This document shows positions 18,068-28,067 of a stretch of DNA of 64,000 nt, one piece after another. This DNA is from a virus. The notes under the pieces are model-generated. The model was not told where the DNA came from. It searched no databases and saw nothing but the letters and a program-made list of their open reading frames with translations. The stretch lies in IMG/VR virus record IMGVR_UViG_3300025086_000015, positions 1-64,000 of that record, one strand, 5' to 3'. The position numbers were made by a program, and so were the translations under genes. How positions within the stretch are numbered: the stretch's first letter is position 1; each line of letters begins with the position of its first letter.

Positions 18068-19207
18068 TTAAATTGATAGATCTAAATTTTCTAAATCTAC
18101 ATTACCACCTTTTCTTCGAGTTGATCGCCTTGTACTTTTTACTCGGTCTTCATTTCTACTAATACGGTCTTTTAAAGATCTTGCGTTTTGTGTTTTAGCT
18201 TTTGTTTCTACTATACCACCTAAATCAAAACCTTTATACATTAAATAATCGATAGCTAATTTTACATCCATATCAGCATCTCGATGATCTAAATCTCTTT
18301 GAGTGTACCCTTCACGTGTAACAGGGGTAGATAGATAATCAAAAAACTTATTCTTATCTCTATCAGGTACACTTATTCCTGCAAACTCTCCTGAGTCCTC
18401 AATAGTATCAGCCACTCCATTCCAAAATTCTGTTAATTTTGATTCTTTCTGTGCCTGTTGCTGACGTTGCTCTTCTACCATTTGCGATCTTTGCGCATCT
18501 TGTAAATTAGCTAACGCTGTTTTAGCTTGTTCAGCTTTTGAGAACAGTTTACCTGTATCCTCATAATCGTTTACCATTTCATCGATAAAGTTTTGTTCAT
18601 GTCCTTTTGTAGCAAAATAATTTGCTAACAATTGTTTTTGCATCCTAACATCGCCCTCATCAATTTGTAAAAGACTATAATCCGCATTAGGATCATTTGC
18701 TTCCATAAATTTTTGAGAATCTCCACCAGCTAACACATAATCTAAATGTTGTTTTACTAATGGGAATGCTTCCATTACTTCATCAATTCTATCATCGGCA
18801 ATTTGACTTGCCACATCAGCAGTTAATGCTGCAATACCTTCTGGAGTGTCTTCGTAATCTGCTCCTTCAACGTCGTATCCTAATTTTTCCATAACTTCAG
18901 AAATAACTGAGTCATCTCTATAGTCTTCTGGATTTAAATCTTCATCGTCGTCGTCGTCATCTTCATACTCATCCTCTTCATCATCGTATTCATCATCCTC
19001 TGCATCTGCATCATCTTCGTAGTCACTTTCAATTGCTAATTCATCTTTAGCCTCATCTTCTGTGTCTACTTCATCTAGCTCCTCTAACTCTGGTTCAGGT
19101 TGAGGTTCTAGAGGTACTTCTACTTCTGGGGTCGTTGTTACGCCCGCTCCCCCAATAACATCATCAAATGTAATGTCATCAAGTTGTATTTTTTCATTAG
19201 GTTCCAT
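18068..19207 (-). CDS. Acidic scaffold-like protein
   Basis: D/E-rich N-terminus, coiled coil, directly upstream of MCP. Confidence 0.7.
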   Translation of the reverse strand: MEPNEKIQLDDITFDDVIGGAGVTTTPEVEVPLEPQPEPELEELDEVDTEDEAKDELAIESDYEDDADAEDDEYDDEEDEYEDDDDDDEDLNPEDYRDDSVISEVMEKLGYDVEGADYEDTPEGIAALTADVASQIADDRIDEVMEAFPLVKQHLDYVLAGGDSQKFMEANDPNADYSLLQIDEGDVRMQKQLLANYFATKGHEQNFIDEMVNDYEDTGKLFSKAEQAKTALANLQDAQRSQMVEEQRQQQAQKESKLTEFWNGVADTIEDSGEFAGISVPDRDKNKFFDYLSTPVTREGYTQRDLDHRDADMDVKLAIDYLMYKGFDLGGIVETKAKTQNARSLKDRISRNEDRVKSTRRSTRRKGGNVDLENLDLSI

Positions 19208-19231
19208 ATATATATATTGTTTAGTTGGTCA

Positions 19232-19239
19232 CAAAAGTA
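19232..19239 (-). promoter_or_regulatory. -7 element TACTTTTG upstream of scaffold/MCP
   Basis: TAnnTTTG in the intergenic gap. Confidence 0.55.
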
Positions 19240-19244
19240 CAGAA

Positions 19245-20372
19245 TTATTTCTTTCTTTTGCGCTTGGTTATTTTTTTATCATTTACTTTACTGTATAACA
19301 CTTTGCGGTCTATAAAACCACCCTCTCTCATGCTAACTTCAGGTTGTTTATCTATATTTATAGCAACAGGTATACCTTCCCCACCTTTAGATAGATATTT
19401 TGGGGCAACAGTCCAACGAAGTTGATTGTAAGGATTATCAGCAATCAGCCCATCTTCCATCATTTTTTCAGCTTTTAGATTTTGGTTAAAATCAAAAGTA
19501 TCTGTAAGTGTATACCCAGTATCTGTTTCTTCTACATTTCCATACCCAATAGTTGTTTTCAATATTAAATTAGGATTTGTAATTTTATCGTACAGATTTG
19601 TATTTTGAATACTAAGATTTTTCCCATAATCTGAATAATCTAATATTCTATTATTCAAATCAGCATCACCTTCTGTTCGAGAATCTGTTTGTTCTTTTCT
19701 TTTCTCGACAATTTTTGTTAATAGTTCAAGCTCTCCTTTAGATAAATCTTTTTCTGTAATTGGCTTTTTATACCCTAAACGAGTTTGTATTTTTCTTGGT
19801 AAATAAGATAGAGGAGAAAATTTACCTATAGGATTGTCTTTATTAAATAACATATTATCTTGAGCGTCCTCCATTGTCATCCTAATATTAATCGGTACTA
19901 ATTCATTATAAGCAGCTTGCGATGCAGACTTGCCGTCAAACCAATTTTTAGGTAATAGTTGTCTCCCATATTCTAATGCTGCATCTTGAAAATCTAAAGA
20001 CGCATAAACACTTTTAGCTACTCTTCTGTGTTGATAAGCTCCTTTTGATACACGGGAAACAACATCACCATCAGAATTAAATACTCCTGAACCTATACCT
20101 TTTAAACCGCCCTCGTCATATCTACTAGCATCTTCTAACATTTCAGATTTACCAATTTTATCTCCTGTAGGTAAATTTTCTAAACTTGGGGGCTGAGATT
20201 CATATGATTTAACTAAACCTCCAGTTTCTCGTTGTTCAGATTGTTGCTCTTCCTGAGCAGCAGCAGCTTGTTTATTAATTGTAGCTTGCTCAATTAATTT
20301 ATATATAGGCCCCCTGTAATCTTCTGCAAGAGCACCTTTAATTATTTCCATTTGTTCTTTAGAACTTAACAC
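19245..20372 (-). CDS. Hypothetical protein, possible internal/cargo virion protein
   Basis: 375 aa between portal and scaffold; RETGG, YDEGG and MREGG motifs. Confidence 0.65.
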   Translation of the reverse strand: MLSSKEQMEIIKGALAEDYRGPIYKLIEQATINKQAAAAQEEQQSEQRETGGLVKSYESQPPSLENLPTGDKIGKSEMLEDASRYDEGGLKGIGSGVFNSDGDVVSRVSKGAYQHRRVAKSVYASLDFQDAALEYGRQLLPKNWFDGKSASQAAYNELVPINIRMTMEDAQDNMLFNKDNPIGKFSPLSYLPRKIQTRLGYKKPITEKDLSKGELELLTKIVEKRKEQTDSRTEGDADLNNRILDYSDYGKNLSIQNTNLYDKITNPNLILKTTIGYGNVEETDTGYTLTDTFDFNQNLKAEKMMEDGLIADNPYNQLRWTVAPKYLSKGGEGIPVAINIDKQPEVSMREGGFIDRKVLYSKVNDKKITKRKRKK

Positions 20373-22654
20373 TATTTGCTAGAAGGTTTAGGTTTAGACT
20401 TAGCTATTTTTACTTTATTCTCACTGTCTCTTTTTTTAATAGATTCTCCAGCTCTGTTAGATCTTTCAGTTTCATTAGCTTGCTTTTCTTTTAAAGCCAT
20501 TTCCTGCTCTTTAATATCTAAATCTCGCATTCCTTTTTGTAGGTCTAAGTTAGCTTTTGCATCATTATCTCTCGCATGAATCATAGCAACTTTAATTTGA
20601 GTTTCTCTATCTTTTTCTTTATTCATGTTATCCATCTCAGCCTCTTTAGCTTGTTGTTCAAGCGCTGCTTGTTGCTGTTGTTGTTGAGCTTCTTGTTGTT
20701 GTTGTTGCAATTCTTCCATTGCTTTTTCTGCAGATTTAATTTTAAGTTTAATTTGTGAGAAATTCTCTGCATCAAACATTTCTGCAATAGTAGAAGCTGG
20801 CACACCATTCTGAACCATTGATTGTGAAAGAGCTTTAATTTGTTGTAATTTATCTTGATCTTTACCAGAGTCTGATAAGAATATACCATATTCAGATTCC
20901 ATATGTTGCATGCTTTCTATATCTAAAAAGTCAGTAGTTCCATCTGGCATTACATACATAGCTTTTTTACCTGTTATCCAAGCTTCTTTAGAATAATCTA
21001 ATAAAGCCTGTATATCACGTTGTTCCATCCTATTAAATTTTCTAAATATATCTTCTGTAATATGGGATGATTGAACAATAGCTTGTTGTGATGTAGCTTT
21101 ACCTTCATAACTTCCAACCTGCCCTTGTCTTTGTCTATTTACTCCAGACAATTTTTCCCACTCTTGCATTATAGAATCTAGTAAAGCAATATATTGTTCT
21201 ATTGTTTTAATAGACATATCTAATACTGACTGATGTTGAGGATTTAATTGTATTCCTTCTTTATTGTAATCTACCCAAGCAATACCAGATCCCTCTACAT
21301 AGTACATAAATTTATCCATATCCCATTTTTTAGGGATCATATTAATGTCAAATTGTGCAATAATATCTTTAGATCTTGCAATAGCTAATTCTAACCTGTA
21401 TTTGTAGATGTTATAATTTAATTGGTAAGGGATTCCAAGCTTAACTAGAGAAATATTAGTTGCATTTACATCAGAATATTTTCTACCATTAATTGGTAAT
21501 TTACATGTAGAATTATTATCTAAAGAAGTTCTTTGATTAACACAAGCGTGTATTTTAACATACATTCTACCATCTATTCTTGTACCCTCCCAAACTTCGT
21601 TAACCCATTTCCAAGTTACTTTAGCTCCTACTTGTTTTAACTCTTGAGGCATTCTAAATCCATCTTCAACAACTTGTTCTTCTATTCCTCCTGTTTCAGG
21701 ATTTGTAAAAGTTAAAAATCCTATTCTTTTTCTAGATTTCCAATAAACACTAATAACTTCAATAAGTCTATTTCTATATGAGTTTGGATCTTTATGGTGG
21801 CTAGAAGCATATAGATAATATGAATCAGACTCAGAATGAGCTGGTTCTTCTAGAGCTAATATTTGCTCATCATCTAAATATTCATAATACGCATCAATAA
21901 CACTAGACGCATGTACAAACTTTTTAACTGTAGCCCAATCTCCATCTTCTACAAATTCTAAATCTGGATCTAAATCATAGTCTACATCTAAAGGATTAAG
22001 TATTTCAAAAAACGGCTCATTATTTCTAACTCCTCTATGTGTGTAAGCTTCTCCAGAAACTAAAAAGTGAAACCAAGCTTTTTGCAACTTGTCATACACT
22101 TCTTCTTTTTGCATAATATAGTTAATTGCATTTTGTCCTTTGATAGCTCTATTATCTACATAGCTCATTTCAAATTGTTCTGCAATATGTCCAGGTAATT
22201 CAACATCTTGAGTTTCTAACCCAGTGTTCATTCCTCTAGTATTCATTTCATTTACAAACTGCTGTTGTAAATTTTTATATATTAATTCTTTTTTAGCTTC
22301 TTCTTTTACAGAAATACTATCTGCATTTTGAACTGTAACAGTGAAATTGAGAGGCCGCTTGGATTTTTCACCAAGGAGAAGATCAATTATAGGTTTAATT
22401 ATGGGATAGTTACGCATCTGAGAAGGGAAGTTCTTACGACTTTTGCCGTAAGGTTTTAATACGTACCTATAATCAGCCTCGTCAATCACACCATTATAGT
22501 AATCATATAGCATCTGCATATCATCTCTACGAGATGAGCCAGAGCTACGTCCGTTGTTAGAAAGATCAATAAACGCTTCTACGCATTGTTCTCTCCATAA
22601 TTTATTTTTCTTTGCTATAGACAGTTTCTGTCTAGGTATTTTATTATATCCCAT
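20372..22654 (-). CDS. Portal protein
   Basis: NYPIIKPIIDLLLGE, WVNEVWEG and SGVNRQRQG crAss portal motifs; Q-rich C-terminal coil; follows TerL; start reassigned to MGYNK. Confidence 0.9.
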   Translation of the reverse strand: MGYNKIPRQKLSIAKKNKLWREQCVEAFIDLSNNGRSSGSSRRDDMQMLYDYYNGVIDEADYRYVLKPYGKSRKNFPSQMRNYPIIKPIIDLLLGEKSKRPLNFTVTVQNADSISVKEEAKKELIYKNLQQQFVNEMNTRGMNTGLETQDVELPGHIAEQFEMSYVDNRAIKGQNAINYIMQKEEVYDKLQKAWFHFLVSGEAYTHRGVRNNEPFFEILNPLDVDYDLDPDLEFVEDGDWATVKKFVHASSVIDAYYEYLDDEQILALEEPAHSESDSYYLYASSHHKDPNSYRNRLIEVISVYWKSRKRIGFLTFTNPETGGIEEQVVEDGFRMPQELKQVGAKVTWKWVNEVWEGTRIDGRMYVKIHACVNQRTSLDNNSTCKLPINGRKYSDVNATNISLVKLGIPYQLNYNIYKYRLELAIARSKDIIAQFDINMIPKKWDMDKFMYYVEGSGIAWVDYNKEGIQLNPQHQSVLDMSIKTIEQYIALLDSIMQEWEKLSGVNRQRQGQVGSYEGKATSQQAIVQSSHITEDIFRKFNRMEQRDIQALLDYSKEAWITGKKAMYVMPDGTTDFLDIESMQHMESEYGIFLSDSGKDQDKLQQIKALSQSMVQNGVPASTIAEMFDAENFSQIKLKIKSAEKAMEELQQQQQEAQQQQQQAALEQQAKEAEMDNMNKEKDRETQIKVAMIHARDNDAKANLDLQKGMRDLDIKEQEMALKEKQANETERSNRAGESIKKRDSENKVKIAKSKPKPSSK

Positions 22655-22660
22655 AATGTG

Positions 22661-22668
22661 CAAATTTA
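22661..22668 (-). promoter_or_regulatory. -7 element TAAATTTG immediately upstream of portal
   Basis: TAnnTTTG ending 6 nt before ATG 22654. Confidence 0.5.
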
Positions 22669-22730
22669 TTAAAATTATTATTAACTCCTACACTACTTCT
22701 AATTTTTATTAACGCCTTTACTATATAGCA

Positions 22731-24695
22731 TTAATAGTAGTTTTTTTCAAACCACTCATTAGATGAATTATCTTCTAAAATTTCTTTAACTTCTGCATTG
22801 TATAACTCTCTAGTATGGTACATCCCAATCATTAACGACATAACGCGGTCAAAGTTACCTTTATGATTAAATTTAATTAACTCTTGAAGTAAAGCTAAAT
22901 CATATATTTTATGTAGATTTAATACTTGCTCTCCTTTTTCGTCTTTAGATCTCACAGAGTTTAGCCAATCTCTTATATATATTTCACCTTGTCTTTTCCT
23001 TGCTTCAGTCATGTGCATACCATATTGCCTCTTTACAGTTTTACTCCTAAGCTCTCTTTTGTCTAACATTTCAAATTCTTCTTGAAGTCTATGCATTTTT
23101 CTATGTCGTTTTGCATAAGCTATTACCTCACCACGATCATTCTCAAATCCTATCTTACAATTATAATAATCAGCAAGCATAAATAAATTTTTATTATATT
23201 CATCTTGTGTATGCGGCCTACCTACATATGAAGCCACTATCATATCATCTGGAGCAGAAATATTATTTACTCTTTTTATTACATACGCTGATCCTAACGA
23301 CATAGAGTCTGCTGATTGATTTTGTCCGTAAGGGTCATGGCATAATACATATAAATTATGAGGAACTTGCTGTTTTTGGTTTTTATATGGAGCTTCATAC
23401 ATAACTATAGCTCCAGTTTTATCATCATCTTTTCTATGTGGATACCTCATAATTGGTCTTAAATCCCCATTAACTTTAAACTGTATTTTATTGTCTTGTC
23501 CGTAATATAGATTTCCTGCTGTTCCGATGCTATGTAAATTATTAGCTTTAATTTTATTATACTGTTCTTGTAAAGATGCTACGTCAAATAAATTAGCTGT
23601 AACTCTTAACGTTGCTTCTTGAGGTGAAAAAGGGTGCTCTGCAATATATTGGTCTAATGATTTTGCGTCTGCAGCACCTTTTTTCTTATTCCTCATCTCT
23701 TCCTCATGTTCTATAGCTTTTTCTTTTATAGAGTTACCTTGATTGTCTATAAACCCATCTAAATTAGTTTGTATGGGAATAAAGTACCCACATTGACTCC
23801 CCATAGCTCCTTCATCCCATATATTTTCATAAGACATACAGTCATACGCATCTGGGTTATAAAATATTTCCTCCATTGCTTCAAAGTCAGAACCTTCTGT
23901 ACCCCCTGTACCAAATGCTACCATCATACCTAATGTTTTAGCACCTTGACGCATTGTTGGCATCGTTACCTCCCAAGCTTTTAATAATCCCGGAAAAGAT
24001 CCTGCTTCTTCAAAGAATACTAACTCACCAGCCTTACCCCTTACTTTATCTGGATTATCTTTTAGTGATACTCCCATAATTTGAGATTTATTCCCCATTT
24101 CAATCTCTAATCCATTTACTTTCTTTTTATACCCAGACATTTTATGCATCTCCCTGTCTTTTAATCTTGGTTGGGCCCAAGCAGTATGGTCATCAATAAA
24201 TGCTAAAAAATCCCAAGCTTTTGAAAGAAGTCCATCACCAATTAAAAATTCTTTAGATGCTGCAAATACAAAGTTTTTAGAGTTACGTACAAAAAAATAG
24301 TTACGAGCTAGCATAGACCCTGCCTTATAAGAGTATCCCTTACGCCTTGCTTTTAAAACAATCATATGTTTATTATCTGCTCTAGCTTTATCTATTTCAT
24401 GAAAATATTCATAGTCACCATCATAAAATGCAGGAAATGTACGCTCACGTCTAGCTTGTATAGTTCCGTCAGGTAATTCTTCGTCGACAGCTCTGTCAAT
24501 AGGACAATAGTTTAAATAAAAATAATGAAATCCAGTAACTTTAAGTTCATCTATCTCATATCCATACATACACCTATTCTTCTCCTCGTCCCAAAAGTCA
24601 TAATAATCTTTTGTTCCAGGGAGAGAAGAAGTATAATGTCCCTTCTCTAAAAATGTTAAGGCAGCTGGCCTTAGTCTGTCTGTGTCTTTAAGCAT
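22731..24695 (-). CDS. terL: Terminase large subunit
   Basis: Walker A LKARRKGYS, Walker B VFFEEAG, FGTGG coupling motif, nuclease HDPY...NFDRV. Confidence 0.95.
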   Translation of the reverse strand: MLKDTDRLRPAALTFLEKGHYTSSLPGTKDYYDFWDEEKNRCMYGYEIDELKVTGFHYFYLNYCPIDRAVDEELPDGTIQARRERTFPAFYDGDYEYFHEIDKARADNKHMIVLKARRKGYSYKAGSMLARNYFFVRNSKNFVFAASKEFLIGDGLLSKAWDFLAFIDDHTAWAQPRLKDREMHKMSGYKKKVNGLEIEMGNKSQIMGVSLKDNPDKVRGKAGELVFFEEAGSFPGLLKAWEVTMPTMRQGAKTLGMMVAFGTGGTEGSDFEAMEEIFYNPDAYDCMSYENIWDEGAMGSQCGYFIPIQTNLDGFIDNQGNSIKEKAIEHEEEMRNKKKGAADAKSLDQYIAEHPFSPQEATLRVTANLFDVASLQEQYNKIKANNLHSIGTAGNLYYGQDNKIQFKVNGDLRPIMRYPHRKDDDKTGAIVMYEAPYKNQKQQVPHNLYVLCHDPYGQNQSADSMSLGSAYVIKRVNNISAPDDMIVASYVGRPHTQDEYNKNLFMLADYYNCKIGFENDRGEVIAYAKRHRKMHRLQEEFEMLDKRELRSKTVKRQYGMHMTEARKRQGEIYIRDWLNSVRSKDEKGEQVLNLHKIYDLALLQELIKFNHKGNFDRVMSLMIGMYHTRELYNAEVKEILEDNSSNEWFEKNYY

Positions 24696-24943
24696 TCTGT
24701 TTTAATCTTTACTAGTACTGCGCATTTTTCATATTCCTCATAAGTTGTAAAATGTTCGATTAACATATCCAACACATCTTCTGATCTTCCATTTTCAAAT
24801 GTAGGATCAAAAGGTAATGGATAGTTTTGATTTAAAACATCCATCTGTGTGTATAGTTCTTCTAACGTTTTTCTTTGAGTAATAAATTCAAACGCATTGT
24901 CCATAGCTTGATTATATAATGCTAAGTCTTCTAAAAAATCCAT
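24671..24943 (-). CDS. Hypothetical protein with UVR-like EEYEKCA motif
   Basis: ORF in operon, overlapping both neighbours. Confidence 0.65.
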   Translation of the reverse strand: MDFLEDLALYNQAMDNAFEFITQRKTLEELYTQMDVLNQNYPLPFDPTFENGRSEDVLDMLIEHFTTYEEYEKCAVLVKIKTECLKTQTD

Positions 24944-25449
24944 TACATACTATATTTATTTACTTCAATTCCACCTCTATTTGTATTGGCAGCTTGCTCT
25001 TCTTTTCTTACTATCTCTTCTAATCTACTTAAGCCATCTACTACCTTCCCCATATTAGATAAATTAGCTATTAAATCTTTAGCATGAAATATAGGTTTAC
25101 CATGATCATCCATCATTTGTAAATCCACACTTCTAAAATACTTTTCTAATTTAATTATAGATTCTCTTGCAGCTTTTAATAATCTAACTGCAGATGTTTC
25201 TATTAATTTATCATAAGCATCACATCCTCCTAAAACTTTTGGGGATGGAGTCCATTTCTTTTCTCCAAAAATACTAAGTTTTACTTCTTTTAATCTTTGA
25301 TCCCATTCATATACAGAAAATGGAGACCTATGATCCACCATAAAGTATATATAAGCTAATTCTTCTACTTTTAAATCTTTAAATTCTTTTATAGACAACG
25401 CATAAGGACTTAACACTCCTTTATTATTATCGATTTGTATTAAGTCCAT
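24943..25449 (-). CDS. Conserved crAss-like protein near TerL (TerS candidate)
   Basis: ELAYIYF...SPF and terminal RGG; synteny. Confidence 0.6.
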   Translation of the reverse strand: MDLIQIDNNKGVLSPYALSIKEFKDLKVEELAYIYFMVDHRSPFSVYEWDQRLKEVKLSIFGEKKWTPSPKVLGGCDAYDKLIETSAVRLLKAARESIIKLEKYFRSVDLQMMDDHGKPIFHAKDLIANLSNMGKVVDGLSRLEEIVRKEEQAANTNRGGIEVNKYSM

Positions 25450-26042
25450 AACTCTGAAAATTTTTTATCCCCTTCTTTTCTTTTCTTTTGTGGGAGTTGT
25501 TTATTTTTTAACATATCTTCTAACTGTTCACTAGAAGGCGCATAAGTTTTACTTTTTATTCTTTGTTTTGCTAGTAAAAATTCTTTTTTTAAATCGTAGT
25601 AATTAAAACCTTTATTCCTATACACATCTCCATATTTTCCTAAAATATAACAAGGCACACTAGCATTTCTACCATACATACACTCAAACAGCTTTGTTCT
25701 GTGATAGCCATCTCTTATACTATATTTAAAAGGAGCATTTTCGCGTGAAGGAACAGGTACAACTATAATAGGATTTTTAAGTCCATGTTTTTTTACACTA
25801 TCACGTAAACCTTGCCAATCGTATTCAGGGTCATGAGATTCTAAAGCATCCCAATTTTCAGTACGGTCAGCATTTAGATCTTTGATTGGTATTTCTCTAG
25901 AATCTATATACACGTATAAACCATCATATCTAACATCGCCCCCTAGTCTACGAGCCATGTTTACAAAAAATCCAATTAAAAAATGACGAATTTTAAATTT
26001 ATAGTTTTCTATATGAAGCGCTATTAATTTTTTATTTACCAT
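25440..26042 (-). CDS. ParB/Srx N-terminal domain protein
   Basis: SVKKHGLKNPIIV...IRDGYHR motif. Confidence 0.75.
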   Translation of the reverse strand: MVNKKLIALHIENYKFKIRHFLIGFFVNMARRLGGDVRYDGLYVYIDSREIPIKDLNADRTENWDALESHDPEYDWQGLRDSVKKHGLKNPIIVVPVPSRENAPFKYSIRDGYHRTKLFECMYGRNASVPCYILGKYGDVYRNKGFNYYDLKKEFLLAKQRIKSKTYAPSSEQLEDMLKNKQLPQKKRKEGDKKFSELWT

Positions 26043-26250
26043 CTTTTGATAATTTTTTTATATACGCTAATCGTTTACGGTTAACTGTAAATTTTCCAAA
26101 ATATGGGAGACGTGTAGTTTCAAATTTGCCAGCTTTCATTTTACTAGCTACAAATTTAAATTGATATTCTACTATTTCTTTTACCTTACTTAAAGGCAGA
26201 TTATACTTAGTAGCTAAATGGTGGATTATTGCTTCTTTATTCTTTGGCAT
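26032..26250 (-). CDS. HU/IHF-like DNA-binding protein
   Basis: RLPYFGKF motif; typical neighbour of crAss TerL. Confidence 0.8.
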   Translation of the reverse strand: MPKNKEAIIHHLATKYNLPLSKVKEIVEYQFKFVASKMKAGKFETTRLPYFGKFTVNRKRLAYIKKLSKDGK

Positions 26251-26599
26251 CTTTGTCCCATTTATTTAAAGGGCATTCAGAAGTTTTCATTCTTGCTTTA
26301 TACTCTACCATACATCCACACTCCATACATCTATTTTGTCTCTCATTAAATTTATCACAAACGTGGCAAGTTATAATTCTATCTGCAAATTCTTTTGGAG
26401 TAACTACAGGAGCACCTTCTTTTATCCATCCTGTAAAAGCTTTAGCAAAACTTACAAGCTGAGTTTTTAATGAGGGTGGTTTTTGATACTCCCCTTCAGT
26501 AGGTTCTTCTTTTTTAATCTCCTCTTCAGGATTAGTAGGATTTTCAAACTTAGGTTCGTCACCTATATATATTTTTTTATTTGGTATCTTGTCTTTCAT
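26237..26599 (-). CDS. Cys-rich probable metal-binding protein (DUF6171-like)
   Basis: CHVC...CMECGC...ECPLNKW. Confidence 0.7.
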   Translation of the reverse strand: MKDKIPNKKIYIGDEPKFENPTNPEEEIKKEEPTEGEYQKPPSLKTQLVSFAKAFTGWIKEGAPVVTPKEFADRIITCHVCDKFNERQNRCMECGCMVEYKARMKTSECPLNKWDKDAKE

Positions 26600-26704
26600 A
26601 TATTGTTCATATTATATTGTACATCCATATACAAATACTTTCCTTGACTATTTTGGACAATTACAATATAATAAATGTCACAATCAAAAGTACTGATAAC
26701 ACAA

Positions 26705-27037
26705 TTAATGTCTAGTAAACTTGATTTCAATTGTATCTGTATCTGTTTCTAATAACGTGTTGACTGTATAGTTGTTTCCTTCTTTTTTAAAAACCCCTTT
26801 GTCTTTAAATCTTTTAATATAATTATTTAAAGTGTTTGGATCTTTAATACCTACAGCTGCCGCCACTAATTTTTTATTCTTCATCGAACAAAGATTTTTA
26901 GTCTCTGTTACTTTACCAGTATCTACAAAAGTAGATAAAATTTCTAGTTCTTTATTAGTTAAGTTAAAAATACCATTCCAAACTTGTAAAAATTTGTAAG
27001 TTGTATTTACGTTAACTGTTATTTTTTTTGTTTTCAT
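26705..27037 (-). CDS. Winged-HTH DNA-binding protein
   Basis: LTNKELEIL...LNNYIKRFKDKG; start reassigned to MKTKK. Confidence 0.65.
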   Translation of the reverse strand: MKTKKITVNVNTTYKFLQVWNGIFNLTNKELEILSTFVDTGKVTETKNLCSMKNKKLVAAAVGIKDPNTLNNYIKRFKDKGVFKKEGNNYTVNTLLETDTDTIEIKFTRH

Positions 27038-27224
27038 AATTTTCTTCCAATATTTTAAGTAAAGACTTATCTCCATACATAGTTCTTGCAGATTTAAACT
27101 TTACATACTCTTCAGGTTTGAATATCATTTTAACTTCTGTTATAAAACCTTCATCATCTTGACGTATTGTCCAACGTCTACCTCTTACTGTCTTATTATT
27201 TTTAAGTGTTGTTCTCAAACTCAT
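27012..27224 (-). CDS. Hypothetical protein
   Basis: Overlapping ORF in operon. Confidence 0.6.
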   Translation of the reverse strand: MSLRTTLKNNKTVRGRRWTIRQDDEGFITEVKMIFKPEEYVKFKSARTMYGDKSLLKILEENYENKKNNS

Positions 27225-27466
27225 AATTCGTCTTTAAATTTAATTTTAGCAAAGCCATTTTCTATTACTATCTCAGAAGTTCTAGATTGTTTATTAAATT
27301 CTGCAACAAACGGTTCTATATCTACTCTAGTACATAAGTATGATAAAAAAACTTGTAATTCTTTAGCTGCTTTTTTAACGTTAGAGATGCGATTATCTGC
27401 ATCTATCTTTACATCTATAAGAGCTTGAAAATCTTTGATGGTTATAGTAACAGTCCCTTCTACCAC
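27221..27466 (-). CDS. Hypothetical protein
   Basis: Overlapping ORF in operon. Confidence 0.6.
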   Translation of the reverse strand: MVEGTVTITIKDFQALIDVKIDADNRISNVKKAAKELQVFLSYLCTRVDIEPFVAEFNKQSRTSEIVIENGFAKIKFKDEL

Positions 27467-27729
27467 TTACCTAATATTTGATGTTCATTAATTAGTAAGT
27501 AATTTTTTCCGTCAATAGGAGCTTTTACAGCTTCTGTTCTAGGATCAATCATTACAGTATCGCCTTTTTTTACAAAATGACACTGATCTCCCGCAGCAAT
27601 TACTTTTAAAACATTAGATTTTTTAGCGTTAGACTTAGCCGTTTCTTCATCTAAGATGATTCCAGATTTTGTTTCAGTTACTATTGGATCAGGCACTACT
27701 ATCCAACTTCCGTGTGGTTTAAATTTCAT
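27460..27729 (-). CDS. groES: GroES-like co-chaperonin
   Basis: KPHGSWIVV, TKSGIIL mobile loop, VIAAG, VKKGDTV, YLLINEHQILG. Confidence 0.9.
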   Translation of the reverse strand: MKFKPHGSWIVVPDPIVTETKSGIILDEETAKSNAKKSNVLKVIAAGDQCHFVKKGDTVMIDPRTEAVKAPIDGKNYLLINEHQILGKW

Positions 27730-27749
27730 AATATATATTTTTGTTTGGG

Positions 27750-27782
27750 CAAAGATATAAATTATTATTTTATAAAAACAAA
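27750..27782 (-). promoter_or_regulatory. Bacteroidota sigma-A promoter of the late operon (TTTG-N21-TATCTTTG)
   Basis: Both -33 and -7 elements with consensus spacing, 20 nt upstream of groES. Confidence 0.75.
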
Positions 27783-27812
27783 TCTTTTGTAGTATTTTTC
27801 AAGTGGATATAG

Positions 27813-28042
27813 TTATCCCCCTTGGAGTCTCTTTTTCAAACTTGGATTTTACTCTAGCAGTGCTTCTCAAAAAGAGACCAAAGGATAGTAAGACTGATGT
27901 TAATTCACCGCACATACCTGTGTGCAATCTATCCTAACTAGAGTTTATACACTCGTTCTTTTCCAACTACCGGAGAAAATCTCACTCTTATTTAGAGTTA
28001 CCAATCCGATGTCTAATCCCTTTTATGGTTACCGGGGGATGA
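27813..28042. ncRNA. Candidate ~230-nt structured non-coding element
   Basis: Terminal ATCCCCC/GGGGGAT; GTCTCTTTTT/AAAAAGAGAC; AGGATAG/CTATCCT; GCACA/TGTGC; pseudoknot-compatible ACTCTAG/CTAGAGT. Confidence 0.5.
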
Positions 28043-28054
28043 TATTGTTGGACT

Positions 28055-28067
28055 GCAAAGATATAAA
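28055..28067 (-). promoter_or_regulatory. Second leftward -7 element (TTTATATCTTTGC)
   Basis: 13-nt exact copy of 27749-27761. Confidence 0.65.

Noticed and set aside
18930-20710. Trinucleotide-like runs (TCA/TCG, TTG/CTG)
   Set aside because: Encode the acidic tract of the scaffold and the poly-Gln coil of the portal
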